Below are positions 33,840-45,539 of a stretch of 64,000 bases of DNA, piece by piece. Both the position numbers and the translations under genes were made by a program. Position 1 is the stretch's first letter; each line of letters starts with the position of its first letter. The notes beneath the pieces are model-generated. The model did no database searches. It worked only from the letters and a program-made list of their open reading frames with translations, and was not told the DNA's origin. The stretch is from NCBI GenBank assembly GCA_963779415.1, contig CAVZYA010000002.1, positions 128,001 to 192,000 of the forward strand, written 5' to 3'. The stretch comes from an uncultured Acidobacteriota bacterium (GTDB lineage: Bacteria > Acidobacteriota > Thermoanaerobaculia > UBA5066).

Positions 33840-36800
33840 ATGTCCCGCTTTTTCGTCAACCGGCCCATCGTGGCGATGGTCATCTCCATCGTCACGGTCC
33901 TCATCGGCCTCGTCGCCATGTCGAGCCTGCCGATCGCCCAGTACCCCGAGGTCGTGCCCCCGATGGTCCAGGCCACCACCACCTTCGTGGGCGCGAGCGC
34001 CACCGACGTGGAGGCGTCGGTCGCGACGCCGATCGAGCAGAAGGTGAACGGCGTCGAGAAGGGCATCTACATGAAGTCGACGAACGCCAACGACGGCACC
34101 ATGACGCTGAAGGTGTCGTTCGAGGTGGGCTCGAACCTCGACATGGACAACGTCCTCACCCAGAACCGGCTCTCCGAGGCGATGCCCATGCTGCCGCAGT
34201 CCGTCAAGAACTACGGCGTCGCGGTCAAGAAGGCGCTCCCGTTCCCCCTGCTCGTCATCTCGATCAAGTCGCCGAAGGGGACGTACGACAACAACTTCCT
34301 CTCCAACTACGCCACGATCAACATCAACGACGCGATCGCGAGGATTCCGGGCGTCGGCCAGATCAACCTCTTCGGAGGCAGCGACTACGCGATGCGCATC
34401 TGGCTCCGGCCCGACCGGATCGCGAAGCTCGGGCTCACGGTCCCCGATATCGTGAACGCCATAAGCCAGCAGAACCAGATCTCCCCCGCCGGCCAGATCG
34501 GCGGGCCGCCGGCGGTGCCGGGGACCGAGTACACCTACACCGTGAAGACCCAGGGGCGCCTCCTGAACGAGGAGGAGTTCGGCAACATCGTCATCCGCTC
34601 GAATCCCGACGGCTCGCAGGTGTACCTCAAGGACGTGGCGCGCCTCGAGCTGGGGACGATGCTCTACAACGCGATCGGCCGCCACAACAGCCTGGCGGCC
34701 GCCGTCATCTCCGTCTTCCAGATCCCCGGCACGAACGCGCTCGACGTGGCGGACCGGATCAAGAAGACGATGGAGGAGCTGAAGCAGCGCTTTCCCCGCG
34801 ACATGGAGTACCTGATCTCGCTCGACACGACGCTCCCGGTCAAGGAGGGGATCAACGAGATCGTCCACACGCTCTTCGAGGCGGTGCTGCTGGTCATCCT
34901 GGTGGTGTTCGTCTTCCTGCAGAACTGGCGCGCGACGCTGATTCCCCTCGTAACGGTGCCCGTCTCGCTCATCGGCGCCTTCATCTTCTTCCCGCTCCTC
35001 GGCTTCTCGATCAACGTCCTCTCGCTCCTCGGGCTCGTCCTGGCGATCGGCATCGTCGTCGACGACGCGATCGTCGTCGTCGAAGCGGTCATGCACCACA
35101 TCGAGCAGGGGATGGACCCGAAGGAGGCGACGCTCAAGGCGATGGAGGAGGTGTCGGGCCCCGTGGTCGCGATCGGCCTCGTCCTTTCCGCCGTCTTCGT
35201 CCCCGTGGGCTTCATGGGGGGCATCACCGGGCGCTTCTACCAGCAGTTCGCGATCACGATCGCACTCTCGGTGCTCCTCTCGGTGATCAACGCCCTCACC
35301 CTCAGCCCCGCCCTCGCGGCGATGCTCCTGAAGGCACCCACCGGAAAGAAGACCCTCCTCACTCCGTTCTACGAGTGGTTCAACCGGGTCTTCGGCCGCG
35401 GCACCGACGCCTACGTCAGCTTCTCGGGGATCCTGATCCGGAAGACGGCGCGGAGCCTCATCTTCATCGCGATCCTCGTCGGCGCGATCGTCGTCCTGGG
35501 GCGGAAGATCCCGGCGGGCTTCATCCCCGAGGAGGACCAGGGCTACCTGCTCGCCCAGGTCAACCTGCCCGACGCCTCCTCGCTCGAGCGCACCGACCTG
35601 GTGATGAAGAAGGCCGAGGCCATCATCAAGGCGAACGAGGGTGTCGAGGGCTACAACACGGTCACCGGCTTCAGCCTGGTCACCGGCGCCTACTCCTCGA
35701 ACCAGGGCTTCTTCTTCATCCAGCTCAAGGAGTGGGCCCACCGCAAGACCCCCCAGACGCACGCGAACGGCGTGGTCGCCGCGCTCAACAAGGCCTTCGC
35801 CCGGCAGATCCCCGAGGCGACGGCGGTGGCGTTCGGGCCCCCGGCGATCCCCGGCCTCGGGACGGGGGCGGGCTTCACGATGCAGCTCCAGGACCGGAGC
35901 GGCGGCACGCCGGAGTACCTGGCCGAAGCAGGCCGCGCGCTTCATCGAGGCCGCGCGCAAGCGGCCCGAGATCGGGCGCGTCTCGACCCTCTACCGCGCG
36001 AGCGTGCCGCAGGTCTACGCGGACATCGACCGGAGCAAGGTGCTGAAGGTCGGCGCGACGATCTCCGACGTCAACACGACGCTCGGGGCGCTGCTCGGCA
36101 GCTCCTACGTCAACGACTTCAACCGGTTCGGCCGCGTCTACAAGGTCTACGTCCAGGCCGAGCCCGAGTACCGGAAGGACCCGAAGCAGCTGGGGCTCTT
36201 CTTCGTCCGCAGCGCCAAGGGCGAGATGATCCCCCTCGACACGCTGGTCTCCACGCGGCCCACGTCCGGACCGGAGTTCACGAACCGCTTCAACCTCTAC
36301 CGCTCCGCCGAGATCAGCGGCGTGCCCGCGCCCGGCTACTCCTCGGCGCAGGCCCTCGACGCCCTCGAGCAGACCGCGAAGGAGGTCCTGCCGCCGGAGA
36401 TGGGCTACGAATGGGCGGACATGTCGTACCAGGAGAAGAAGGCCCCCGGCGTCGCCGTCGTCTTCGGCCTCGCGATCCTGCTGGTGTTCCTGATCCTGGC
36501 CGCGCAGTACGAGAGCTGGGGGCTGCCCTTCAGCGTCCTTCTCGGCACGCCGTTCGCGGTGTTCGGCGCCTACTTCGGCCTCTGGGCCGCCCGGCACTTT
36601 TCGGAAAGCTACGTGAACAACGTCTTCGCGCAGATCGCGCTCATCATGCTGATCGGGCTCGCCGCGAAGAACGCGATCCTGATCGTGGAGTTCGCGAAGA
36701 TGCAAATGGGCACCGGGATGGGCCTCGTGGAGGCCGCGCTCAGCTCGGCCAAGCTGCGCTTTCGGCCCATCCTGATGACGGCCTTCGCCTTCATCCTCGG

Positions 36801-37017
36801 CGTCGTGCCGCTCCTGACGGCGTCGGGGGCCGGGGCCGAGGCCCGCAAGGTGATCGGCATGGCCGTCTTCGCCGGCATGCTGATCGCGACCATCCTCGGC
36901 GTCTGCCTGATCCCGGTCCTGTTCGTCGTGGTCGAGAAGGTGACCGGCGGGGGCAAGCACGGGACGCCGCCGGCGGACGGGACGGCGCAGGAAAGCGGCC
37001 ACGGGGGAGGACATTGA
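33840..37017 (+). pseudogene. HAE1 RND permease 1, single frameshift near 35926
   Basis: FF..RPI.A, GIVVDDAIVVVE; C-terminal half in another frame with LAAQYESW, AKNAILIVEFA, R.RPILMT. Confidence 0.88.
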
Positions 37018-37018
37018 G

Positions 37019-38446
37019 ATGAAGAAGCTCCTTGTTTCCTGCCTCCTGGGCGCCTTCCTCGCCGGCTGCGCCGTCGGCCCGAACTACAAGCAGCCCGCTG
37101 TCGCGGCTCCCGAGCAGTACCGCGAGGTCCAGGGCCCGCCCGCGCCGGGCGCGTCGCTCGCCGACCTGCCGTGGTGGGAGACTTTCGGGGATCCGGCTCT
37201 GCAGAGCCTGATCGACGAAGCGCTCCGGAACAACTACGACGCCCGGATCGCCGCCTTCCGCGTCGACGAGGCGCGCGCCCGGGCGGGGATCGCCCGTTCG
37301 GAGTTCTTCCCGCAGATCGGATACGGAGGCGGCGTCTCGCGCGGCCTCACCTCGACCTACCTCTTCCCCGGCTCGACGACGGGAAACCAGGTCAGCGCCA
37401 ACGTGAACTTCGGTTGGGAGCTGGACCTCTGGGGACGAATCCGGCGCCTGAACGAATCCGCGAAAGCGCAGTACCTTGCGACGGAGGAAGCGCGGCGCGG
37501 CGTCGTCCTGTCGCTCGTCTCCGAAGTCGCCGCGACCTACTTCAATCTCCGCGCGCTCGACGAGCAGCTCGTCATCACGAAGGCGACCGTCGCCTCGTTC
37601 GAGGAGCAGTACAGGCTCTTCGATCTGAAGCTCCAGGGGGGGGCGGCCTCCTCCATCCAGACGTCGTATGCCGGCGCGGCTCTCGGTCAGGTGACCGCAC
37701 AGGTGCCGGAGATCGAACGGCAGATCGAGGCGACGGAAAACCGGCTCTGCCTGCTTCTCGGCCGGAACCCGGGGCCGATCCCGAGGGGCGAGGCGCTCGC
37801 CGCGCAGGCGTTGCCTCCGAAGATTCCGGCGGGCCTCCCGTCGGACCTCCTGAAGCGGCGGCCCGACATCCTGCAGGCCGAGCAGCAGCTCGTCGCTGCG
37901 AACGCCGACGTCGGCGTGTCCGTGGCGAATTTCTTCCCGTCCATCAGCCTGACGGGGCTCTTCGGCGGCGTCAGCCCGGACGTCTCGAGCCTCTTCTCGG
38001 CCGGAAAGACCTGGTCGATCGCCGCGGGACTCGTCGGACCGCTCTTCCAGGGGGGAAGGCTCCGGAGCGAGTACGAGGTGGCGGTGGCCCGATGGGAGCA
38101 GGCGAAGGCCCAGTACGAGCAGAGCGTCACGGGCGCTTTCGCCGAGACGACCACGGTCCTCTACGCGCGGGAGAAGATCGAGGCGTCCATCGTCCAGCTG
38201 AAACGGACGGTCGCCGAGTACCGCGAGATGGTCCGGCTCGCGAACGTCCGTTACGACGCGGGCGTGTCGGACTACTTCGAGGTTCTCTACTCCATGCAAC
38301 TTCTCTATCCGGCTGAGGTGACGCTCGTCAACGCGCAGCTCGACCTAGCCGTCGACTACGTGAACATCTACAAGGCGCTCGGCGGCGGATGGAATCAGCC
38401 GGAGACCCGGCCGGAGGCTGCACCGGCGCCGCCGCAGACAAACTGA
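37019..38446 (+). CDS. RND outer-membrane factor lipoprotein (NodT/OprM-like) 1
   Basis: LAGCAVGPNY, WW..F.DP.L, WELDLWGR, RRPDI..AE, Y.ALGGGW. Confidence 0.92.
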   Translation: MKKLLVSCLLGAFLAGCAVGPNYKQPAVAAPEQYREVQGPPAPGASLADLPWWETFGDPALQSLIDEALRNNYDARIAAFRVDEARARAGIARSEFFPQIGYGGGVSRGLTSTYLFPGSTTGNQVSANVNFGWELDLWGRIRRLNESAKAQYLATEEARRGVVLSLVSEVAATYFNLRALDEQLVITKATVASFEEQYRLFDLKLQGGAASSIQTSYAGAALGQVTAQVPEIERQIEATENRLCLLLGRNPGPIPRGEALAAQALPPKIPAGLPSDLLKRRPDILQAEQQLVAANADVGVSVANFFPSISLTGLFGGVSPDVSSLFSAGKTWSIAAGLVGPLFQGGRLRSEYEVAVARWEQAKAQYEQSVTGAFAETTTVLYAREKIEASIVQLKRTVAEYREMVRLANVRYDAGVSDYFEVLYSMQLLYPAEVTLVNAQLDLAVDYVNIYKALGGGWNQPETRPEAAPAPPQTN

Positions 38447-38477
38447 CGGGCGCGGGCCACCGAAAAAAGGAGAAGCA

Positions 38478-38933
38478 ATGAGGTTCCCGAATCGTCTCGC
38501 CTCCGCATTGGCTCTTCTCTCCGCTCTTCTTCTTCCCTCGTCCGCCCGGGCCCAATGGGTCTTCGTGGCACGGAAGGCAGTCGGAAAGATCCAGACCCTG
38601 ACCCAGAAGGAATCGACCGGCACGCCCGGCTACAGCGTGGCGACGGTCATCCTCGAGGGAAAGGCCGACAAGGTCTGGGCGACCGCGCTCAAGTCCGCCC
38701 AGTCGGCTCCGAATGCCCGGCTCACGCAGCAGGACCCGGCCGCATACACCCTCGAGTTCGTCGCCGCCGGCCAAGTCGCAGGGCTCCGGGTCTCGCAGGT
38801 GGACTCGAAGAAGGTCCAGATCCTCATCGCGTCGGCCGTTTCGCCCGGCAAGCCCGACGCGACACCGGCCGTCGTCGAGGCGACGCTCCGCATCTGCAAG
38901 GAGATGGGCGCCGTCTGCGAGGTCGTGAAGTAG
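38478..38933 (+). CDS. Secreted hypothetical protein
   Basis: AAGGAG RBS, signal peptide ending ARA-Q, terminal CxxxxxxC. Confidence 0.7.
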   Translation: MRFPNRLASALALLSALLLPSSARAQWVFVARKAVGKIQTLTQKESTGTPGYSVATVILEGKADKVWATALKSAQSAPNARLTQQDPAAYTLEFVAAGQVAGLRVSQVDSKKVQILIASAVSPGKPDATPAVVEATLRICKEMGAVCEVVK

Positions 38934-39114
38934 GGGAGATCGCTCGCCCCGCAGGCGGTCTTGTCCCGGGCAACCGGCTCCCGACTCGCCCGAAGTCCGG
39001 CGTGATGCTCTTGAATCAGACCTGACGGAAGAGGCTGCCTCCTCTCGTTCGTGGCGGTATCGTCGCGAGCACGCGGCTCTCCCCGGTCACCCTCGATTCG
39101 AAGGAGGGGTCTAC

Positions 39115-40301
39115 ATGCCATGTCTCCTTTTCCGCAGGGTAGCGGCGGCACCCTTCCTCCCGATCGCTCTGCTCTTCGCCCTCGCGCCAGGCGGCTGCGG
39201 GAAGGCGCCCACGGCCGCCGCACCCCCCCGCCGGTCGTCACGGTCGTGACGGTGGTTCCGAAGGACGAGCCCGTCGACGCCCAGTTCGTCGGCCAGACGC
39301 AGAGCTCCCACCTCGTCAACATCCAGGCCCGGGTGAGCGGGTTTCTCGACAAGCGCTTGTACACGGAAGGAGCCGTCGTGAAGGAGGGGCAGGTTCTCTT
39401 CCAGATGGACCCGAAGCCGTTCCAGGCCCAGCTCTCACAGGCCCGGGCCGCTCTCGCCCAGGCGGAGGCGGCCAAGGAGACGGCCCGCCTGAACCTGGAG
39501 CGGACCCGGCCGCTCACCGCGCTGAACGCCCTGTCGCAAAAGGACCTCGACGACGCGACCGGCCAGTTCCAGTCCTCGGCCGCCGCCGTCGAGCAGGCGA
39601 AAGCCGAGGTCGAGACGGCCGAGCTGAACCTCTCCTACACGACGATCACGACCCCCGTGACCGGCGTCAGCAGCTCGGCGAAGCAGACGGACGGCACGTT
39701 CATCAACGCCCAGAACAGCCTCCTGACGACGGTGGCGGCCCTCTCCCCGATGTGGGTGAACTTCAGCCTCTCCGAGAACCAGATGCAGGCCTACCGCGAC
39801 CAGGCGGCCCGGGGCCTCCTGGTCATGCCGAAAGACAGGCTCTACACACTCGAGATCGTCCTCGTGGATGGATCGATCTACCCGCACACGGCCCTGATCA
39901 CTTTCGCGGAGCCCTCCTTCAACGCCTCGACCGGGACGTTCCTCATCCGGGGCAGCGTGGCGAACCCCGATGGCGTCCTTCGCCCGAACCAGTACGTGAG
40001 GGTCCGCGTCAAGGGGGCGATCCGGCCCGGCGCGATCCTGATTCCCCAGCGCGCCGTCCAGCAGGGCTCGCAGGGGCATTTCGTCTGGGTCGTCGGAACC
40101 GACGCGAAGGCTGAGCGACGCCCCGTCACCGTCGGCGACTGGTACGGGGACGACTGGTTCATCTCCGAGGGACTCAGGGCAGGAGACCGGGTCGTCGTGG
40201 ACGGAGGCCTCACGCTCCGGCCGGGGACCGCCGTCACCGTGAAGGACGCACCGCCGCCTGGCGCAAACGCCACACCTCCCGCCGTCTCCACGGGACGGTA
40301 G
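39115..40301 (+). pseudogene. RND periplasmic adaptor 2, frameshift in C-run at ~39223-39229
   Basis: AAGGAGG RBS then ATG 39115 gives MPCLLFRR...PGGCGK lipoprotein signal. Body (IQARVSG, LFQMDP, IPQRAV) is in another frame after the C7 tract. Confidence 0.85.
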
Positions 40302-40313
40302 AGGGGCCGGGTC

Positions 40314-43300
40314 GTGTTCTCGAAGTTCTTCATCGAGCGGCCGATCTTCGCGACCGTCATTTCGCTCATCATCTGCATCGCCGGCCTCGTGGCGATGGGG
40401 CTCCTGCCGATCGAACAGTATCCGCCGATCACCCCCGTGCAGGTGACGGTGAGCGCGACCTATCCGGGCGCCGACTCGCAGACCGTGGCCGACTCGGTCG
40501 CCGCGCCGATCGAGGCGCAGATCAACGGCGTCGACAACATGATCTACATGTCGTCGTCGAGCTCCTCGAACGGGCAGCTCACGCTCACCGTCTACTTCAC
40601 GCTGGACACCGACCCGGACATCGCCCAGGTGCAGGTGCAGAACCGGGTCAGCCTCGCGCTCCCCCAGCTCCCGACGGCCGTCACGCAGCTCGGCGTCTCC
40701 GTCCAGAAGAAGGCCTCCTCGATCATGATGCTGATCGGCGTCTTCGCGAAGGACGGGGCTTACAGCAGCGACTACGTCGCCAACTACGCGAACGTCTACG
40801 TCCTCGACGCGCTCAAGCGGGTGCCGGGCGCCGGGCAGGCGGCGATCCTCGGGGTGCCCGACCAGGCGATGCGGATCTGGATGAACCCGGACCGGATGAC
40901 CTCGCTCGGGATCACGACGACCGACATCCAGCAGGCCGTCGCCAAGCAGAACGCCCTCTACGGCGCGGGCCAGATCGGACAGCAGCCGACCGCGGGCAAG
41001 GTGCAGATGACGTTCCCGGTCGTCACCCAGCGCCCGTTCACCCGGCCGGAGGAGTACGAGAACATCATCCTCCGCGCGAGCCCCGACCAGAGCGCCATCG
41101 TCTACCTCAAGGACGTGGCGCGAGCCGAGGTGGGCCTCCGGCAGTACCTGGTCGAGAGCAAGCTCAACGGCGTCCCGGCCACCCTGATCGCCGTCTACCA
41201 GCAGCCCGGCGCCAATGGCATCGCGGTCTCGAACGCGGTCCGAAAGACGCTCGGGGAGATGAAGGCCCGCTTCCCCGCGGGAATCGACTACAGGATCTCC
41301 CTCGACACGAACGACTTCGTGAAGATCTCCATCGACGAGGTGAAGAAGACCCTCCTCGAGGCGATCGTCCTCGTCGTCCTCGTCGTCTTCCTCTTCCTGC
41401 AGAGCTTCCGGACGACGGTCATCTGCGTCGTGGCGATCGTCGTCGCCCTCGTCAGCACCTTTGCCGGAATGCTGGCTCTCAGGTTCTCCATCAACCTCCT
41501 GACCCTCTTCGGCCTGGTGCTGGCCATCGGCATGGTCGTGGACGACGCGATCGTCGTCGTCGAGAACGTCGAACGCAACATGGCGAAGCTCCACCTTCCG
41601 CCCCGGGAGGCCACGATCAAGGCGATGGGAGAGATCGGCAGCTCTCTCGTCGCCGTCGTTCTCGTCATGGCCTCGGTCTTCATCCCGGCCGCCTTCCTTC
41701 CCGGCACGACCGGCCAGCTCTACAAGCAGTTCGCCATCACGATCGTCATCTCCGTGGCCGTCTCGGGGTTCGTGGCGCTGACCCTGACCCCCGCGATGTG
41801 CGGGGTCCTCCTCCGGCACGGCGAGCCGCCGAAGAAGGGGTTCTTCGCCTGGTTCAACCGGGGCGTGGACGGGATCACCCGCGCCTTCGGGGACGCCGTG
41901 ATGCTCGTCATCAAGCGGGTGGCCGTCGCGTTCGCGATTCTCGCCGTCCTCGTCGGGGCGATCGTCCACCTCTTCCGGGTCATCCCGACGAGCTTCGTGC
42001 CGACGGAGGACCAAGGCTACGTGATGGCGGCCGCGATCATGCCCGACGCCGCCAGCCTCGACCGGACCGGAGAGGTCGTGGACCGCGTCGACGAGATCTT
42101 CGCGAAGATCCCGGGCGTCGGCGACCGGTCGGCCGTCACGGGATTCAGCCTTCTGGACAACGGGTTCAAGACGAATGCCGGCACCCTTTTCGTGACGCTC
42201 AAGCCGTTCGACGAGCGCTACGCGTCGGCGAAGAAGGCGAAGGAGGAGAACGCCCGGGCCGTCCTGATGGCGGTGGCGCGGGAGTCCCGCGCCATTAGGG
42301 AGGGCGCGGTCATGCCGATCCCGCCCCCCGCGATCCCCGGTATCGGGACGACCGGAGGTTTCGAGTTCTGGATCCAGGACACGGCCGCGGGGGATCCGGC
42401 GAAGCTGGAGGAGGTCACCCGGCAGTTCCTCGCGAAGGCGGGTCAGCGCCCCGAGCTGACCACGCTGAACACGACTTTCCGCGCGACGACACAGCAGCTC
42501 TCGGCCGACGTCGACCGGGACAAGGCGAACCTCCTCGGCGTCCCGGTCCAGGACGTCTACAGCGCGATCCAGGCCCAGTTCGGGTCGCTGACCGTCAGCC
42601 AGTACAACGAGTACAGCCGGGTCTGGTGGGTCGTCCTCCAGTCCGAGCCGAAGTACCGGCAGCATCCCGGGGACCTGACCCGCCTCTACACGCGCTCCTC
42701 TTCCGGCGAGATGGTGCCGCTCTCGGCCCTCGTGACGACCCGCTGGGTGAGCGGCCCGGACCTGCTCCCCCATTTCAACGGATTTCCCGCCGCGAAGGTG
42801 AACGGAAACGCGGCCGCGACCTACAGCTCGGGGCAGGCGATCGCGGCGATGGAGGAGGTGGCGCGGGAAGTACTCCCGTCCGGGTTCACCTTCGCCTGGT
42901 CGGGCCTCGCGTTCGAGGAGAAGAAATCGGGAGGCTCCTCTTCTCTCGCTTTCGTCTTCGGCCTCCTGATCGTCTTCCTCGTCCTGGCCGCGCAGTACGA
43001 GTCGTGGACGTTACCCGGGTCCGTGATGATGGCCGTCCCCTTCGGCGTCCTCGGCGCCCTGACCGCCAACTGGCTCCGCGGGCTCTCGAACGACGTCTAC
43101 TTCCAGATCGGGCTTCTCGTCCTGATCGGCCTCGGGGCGAAGAACGCGATCCTGCGGGTCTCCTTCGCCCGGGAGCTTCGCCTCGAAGGGAAGTCGATCA
43201 TCGACGCGACGATCGAGGCCGGGGAGCAGAGGCTCCGGCCGATCATCATGACGTCGCTCGCTTTCGCCTTCGGCTGCCTGCCCCTCGCCCTCGCGATGGG

Positions 43301-43475
43301 CGCCGGCGCGAACGCACGGCACTCGATCGGGACCGGGATCATCGGCGGAATGATCGGAGAGACGACGCTCGCGATGCTCTACGTGCCGCTCCTCTTCTAT
43401 CTTTTCGAGCGGTTCGGCGAGCGCGGGAAGGAAAAAGGGGCCGCCGTGACCGCGGGCGGCGGGAAGGAGGGCTGA
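40314..43475 (+). CDS. HAE1 RND permease 2
   Basis: FFIERPIFA, GMVVDDAIVVVENVER, LAAQYESW, AKNAIL, RLRPIIMTS. Confidence 0.93.
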   Translation: MFSKFFIERPIFATVISLIICIAGLVAMGLLPIEQYPPITPVQVTVSATYPGADSQTVADSVAAPIEAQINGVDNMIYMSSSSSSNGQLTLTVYFTLDTDPDIAQVQVQNRVSLALPQLPTAVTQLGVSVQKKASSIMMLIGVFAKDGAYSSDYVANYANVYVLDALKRVPGAGQAAILGVPDQAMRIWMNPDRMTSLGITTTDIQQAVAKQNALYGAGQIGQQPTAGKVQMTFPVVTQRPFTRPEEYENIILRASPDQSAIVYLKDVARAEVGLRQYLVESKLNGVPATLIAVYQQPGANGIAVSNAVRKTLGEMKARFPAGIDYRISLDTNDFVKISIDEVKKTLLEAIVLVVLVVFLFLQSFRTTVICVVAIVVALVSTFAGMLALRFSINLLTLFGLVLAIGMVVDDAIVVVENVERNMAKLHLPPREATIKAMGEIGSSLVAVVLVMASVFIPAAFLPGTTGQLYKQFAITIVISVAVSGFVALTLTPAMCGVLLRHGEPPKKGFFAWFNRGVDGITRAFGDAVMLVIKRVAVAFAILAVLVGAIVHLFRVIPTSFVPTEDQGYVMAAAIMPDAASLDRTGEVVDRVDEIFAKIPGVGDRSAVTGFSLLDNGFKTNAGTLFVTLKPFDERYASAKKAKEENARAVLMAVARESRAIREGAVMPIPPPAIPGIGTTGGFEFWIQDTAAGDPAKLEEVTRQFLAKAGQRPELTTLNTTFRATTQQLSADVDRDKANLLGVPVQDVYSAIQAQFGSLTVSQYNEYSRVWWVVLQSEPKYRQHPGDLTRLYTRSSSGEMVPLSALVTTRWVSGPDLLPHFNGFPAAKVNGNAAATYSSGQAIAAMEEVAREVLPSGFTFAWSGLAFEEKKSGGSSSLAFVFGLLIVFLVLAAQYESWTLPGSVMMAVPFGVLGALTANWLRGLSNDVYFQIGLLVLIGLGAKNAILRVSFARELRLEGKSIIDATIEAGEQRLRPIIMTSLAFAFGCLPLALAMGAGANARHSIGTGIIGGMIGETTLAMLYVPLLFYLFERFGERGKEKGAAVTAGGGKEG

Positions 43476-43476
43476 G

Positions 43477-44880
43477 ATGCGCCGGCGCGCTCTTCTCGCC
43501 CCGGTTCTCCTCGTGGCCGGCTGCACGATGGGGCCGAACTACGTGCCGCCGCAGGTGGACGCTCCCCCCGCTTACCGGTACGAGGAGAAGGACGCTCAGG
43601 CGACGGCCAACACCGCCTTCTGGAAGCAGTTCGGAGACCCCGTCCTCGACGGGCTGATCGCCGAGGCGATCGCGAACAACCCGCAGGTCCTGATCGCCGC
43701 GGCCCGTGTCGAGCAGGCGGCGGCCGTTCTGACGCAGACGACGGCACCGCTCTATCCCCAGGTCGGGTACGGTGCCTCGGGAGGACGGGCCCTGGGGAGC
43801 GAATCGAACGCCACCCCCATTCCGCCGTCCGTGGCGAATCCCCAGACTTCCCTGCAGACGCTGGCCGGCGCAAGCTGGGAGATCGACCTCTGGGGGCGGA
43901 TCCGGAGACTCTCCGAAGCCGCTCGGGCGAACCTCCTCGGCGCCGAGGAGGCCCGCCGCGCCGTCGTCCTCTCCCTCGTCTCGTCCGTCGCCACGACGTA
44001 CATCCAGCTCCTCGGCTTCGACGAGCAGCTCGCCGTCTCGAAGCGCTCGCTCGGGACCTACGCCGAGTCGGTGAGGCTCTTCGAGCTGAAGTTCGCTCAC
44101 GGCCAGGTCTCGCAGATGAACGTCGAGCAGGCGCGAACGCAGTACGAGACGGCGGCGGCAGTCATCCCGCAGATCGCCGTCCAGATCGTCCGGACGGAGA
44201 ACGCCCTCTCGACGCTCCTCGGGCGCAACCCCGGCCCCGTCGCCCGGGGGAAGACGATCGACACGATCGCCCTCCCCACGGTCCCCGCCGGGCTTCCGTC
44301 CGAAATCCTGGCCAACCGGCCCGACATCCGGCAGGCCGAGCAGGATCTCGTCGCCGCCAACGCGCAGATCGGGGCGGCGAAGGCCCTCTATTTCCCAAGC
44401 ATCTCCCTCACGGGAGCGTTCGGATGGGCCAGCGCCGACCTCTCGAACCTGTTCAAGGGGCCCGCGCTGACCTGGAGCTGGACCGCCTCCCTCACGGGGC
44501 CCCTCTTCGCGGCCGGTTCGATCAGGGCCCAGGTGAGACAGGCGGAGGCGGGGACGAAGGCGGCCCTCCTCGGTTACCAGGCGTCGATCCAGAGTGCCTT
44601 CGCCGACGTCGAGAACGCCCTCGCCGGCCACCGGTTCCTCGTCGAGCAGGTAGACGCTCAGAGGCGCCTCGTGAAAGCCGGCAGCGAGTACGAGCGCCTC
44701 GCCCGGCTGCAGTTCGACGGCGGCTACGCGCCCTACTCCACCGTGCTGCAGGCCCAGCAGCAGCTCTTCCCCTCGGAGCTGAACTACGCCCAGTATCGCG
44801 CCCAGCTCTTCGGCTCGCTGGTCGACATCTACAAGGCGATGGGGGGAGGCTGGGTGACCGCGGCAGAGTCGGCGCGCTAG
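43477..44880 (+). CDS. RND outer-membrane factor lipoprotein 2
   Basis: VAGCTMGPNY, WEIDLWGR, NRPDIRQAE, YKAMGGGW. Confidence 0.92.
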   Translation: MRRRALLAPVLLVAGCTMGPNYVPPQVDAPPAYRYEEKDAQATANTAFWKQFGDPVLDGLIAEAIANNPQVLIAAARVEQAAAVLTQTTAPLYPQVGYGASGGRALGSESNATPIPPSVANPQTSLQTLAGASWEIDLWGRIRRLSEAARANLLGAEEARRAVVLSLVSSVATTYIQLLGFDEQLAVSKRSLGTYAESVRLFELKFAHGQVSQMNVEQARTQYETAAAVIPQIAVQIVRTENALSTLLGRNPGPVARGKTIDTIALPTVPAGLPSEILANRPDIRQAEQDLVAANAQIGAAKALYFPSISLTGAFGWASADLSNLFKGPALTWSWTASLTGPLFAAGSIRAQVRQAEAGTKAALLGYQASIQSAFADVENALAGHRFLVEQVDAQRRLVKAGSEYERLARLQFDGGYAPYSTVLQAQQQLFPSELNYAQYRAQLFGSLVDIYKAMGGGWVTAAESAR

Positions 44881-44889
44881 GATGCCGGG

Positions 44890-45480
44890 ATGGAACTTCT
44901 CGACGCGCGACGGAGCGTTCTCGTCGTCATCGATTACCAGGGAAAGCTGATGGACCTGGTGGAGAACAAGGCGCGAGTCGTCGCCGTGGCGAAACGCCTT
45001 CTCACTCTCGGGGAGATGTTCGGGATTCCGGTCCTTCTCGCCGAGCAGTATCCGAAAGGGATCGGGCCGACGCATCCCGGGATCCGCGCCGCCTTCGACG
45101 CCGTCACGACGCCGAAAAGATACCTCGAGAAGACGACTTTCAGCTGCTGCGGCCAGCCGGACTTCGCGGCCCTCATCGACTCGATCCGCCCCCGGCAGGG
45201 GAGCGCGCCCCGGCAGGTCGTCGTGGGAGGCGTCGAGGCGCACATCTGCGTCATGCAGACCGTGATCGAGCTTCTCCGCGCGGGGGACCAGGTCCACGTC
45301 TGCTGGGACGCCGTCAGCAGCCGCGCTCCCGGCTACGCGGAACGGGCTCTCGACCGGATGGCGCAGGCGGGCGCCGTCATCACGAACCACGAGTCGGTCG
45401 GGTTCGAATGGGCCCGGGAAAAGAACCACCCCAGGTTCCGCGAGATGAGCGATCTCCTGAAGGGTAATCTGCCGGACTGA
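44890..45480 (+). CDS. Isochorismatase-like (cysteine hydrolase) family protein
   Basis: LVVIDYQ, EQYPKGIG.T, K..FSC, G.EAHICV.QT. Confidence 0.88.
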   Translation: MELLDARRSVLVVIDYQGKLMDLVENKARVVAVAKRLLTLGEMFGIPVLLAEQYPKGIGPTHPGIRAAFDAVTTPKRYLEKTTFSCCGQPDFAALIDSIRPRQGSAPRQVVVGGVEAHICVMQTVIELLRAGDQVHVCWDAVSSRAPGYAERALDRMAQAGAVITNHESVGFEWAREKNHPRFREMSDLLKGNLPD

Positions 45481-45512
45481 AGACAGAAGCTGCCAGAACG
45501 ACGCTCCCGGCA

Positions 45513-45527
45513 TGGCATGCCGCGTGC
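45513..45527 (+). promoter_or_regulatory. Putative sigma54 (-24/-12) promoter
   Basis: TGGCATGCCGCGTGC: GG at 45514-45515 and GC at 45526-45527 separated by exactly 10 nt. Confidence 0.5.
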
Positions 45528-45539
45528 GAAGGAGAGGGT

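Noticed and set aside
32729-42773. Very long alternative and antisense ORFs (1105, 1040, 1112 aa; also 6346..9039 etc.)
   Set aside because: Shadow ORFs expected in high-GC DNA opposite or overlapping well-supported genes; no motifs.
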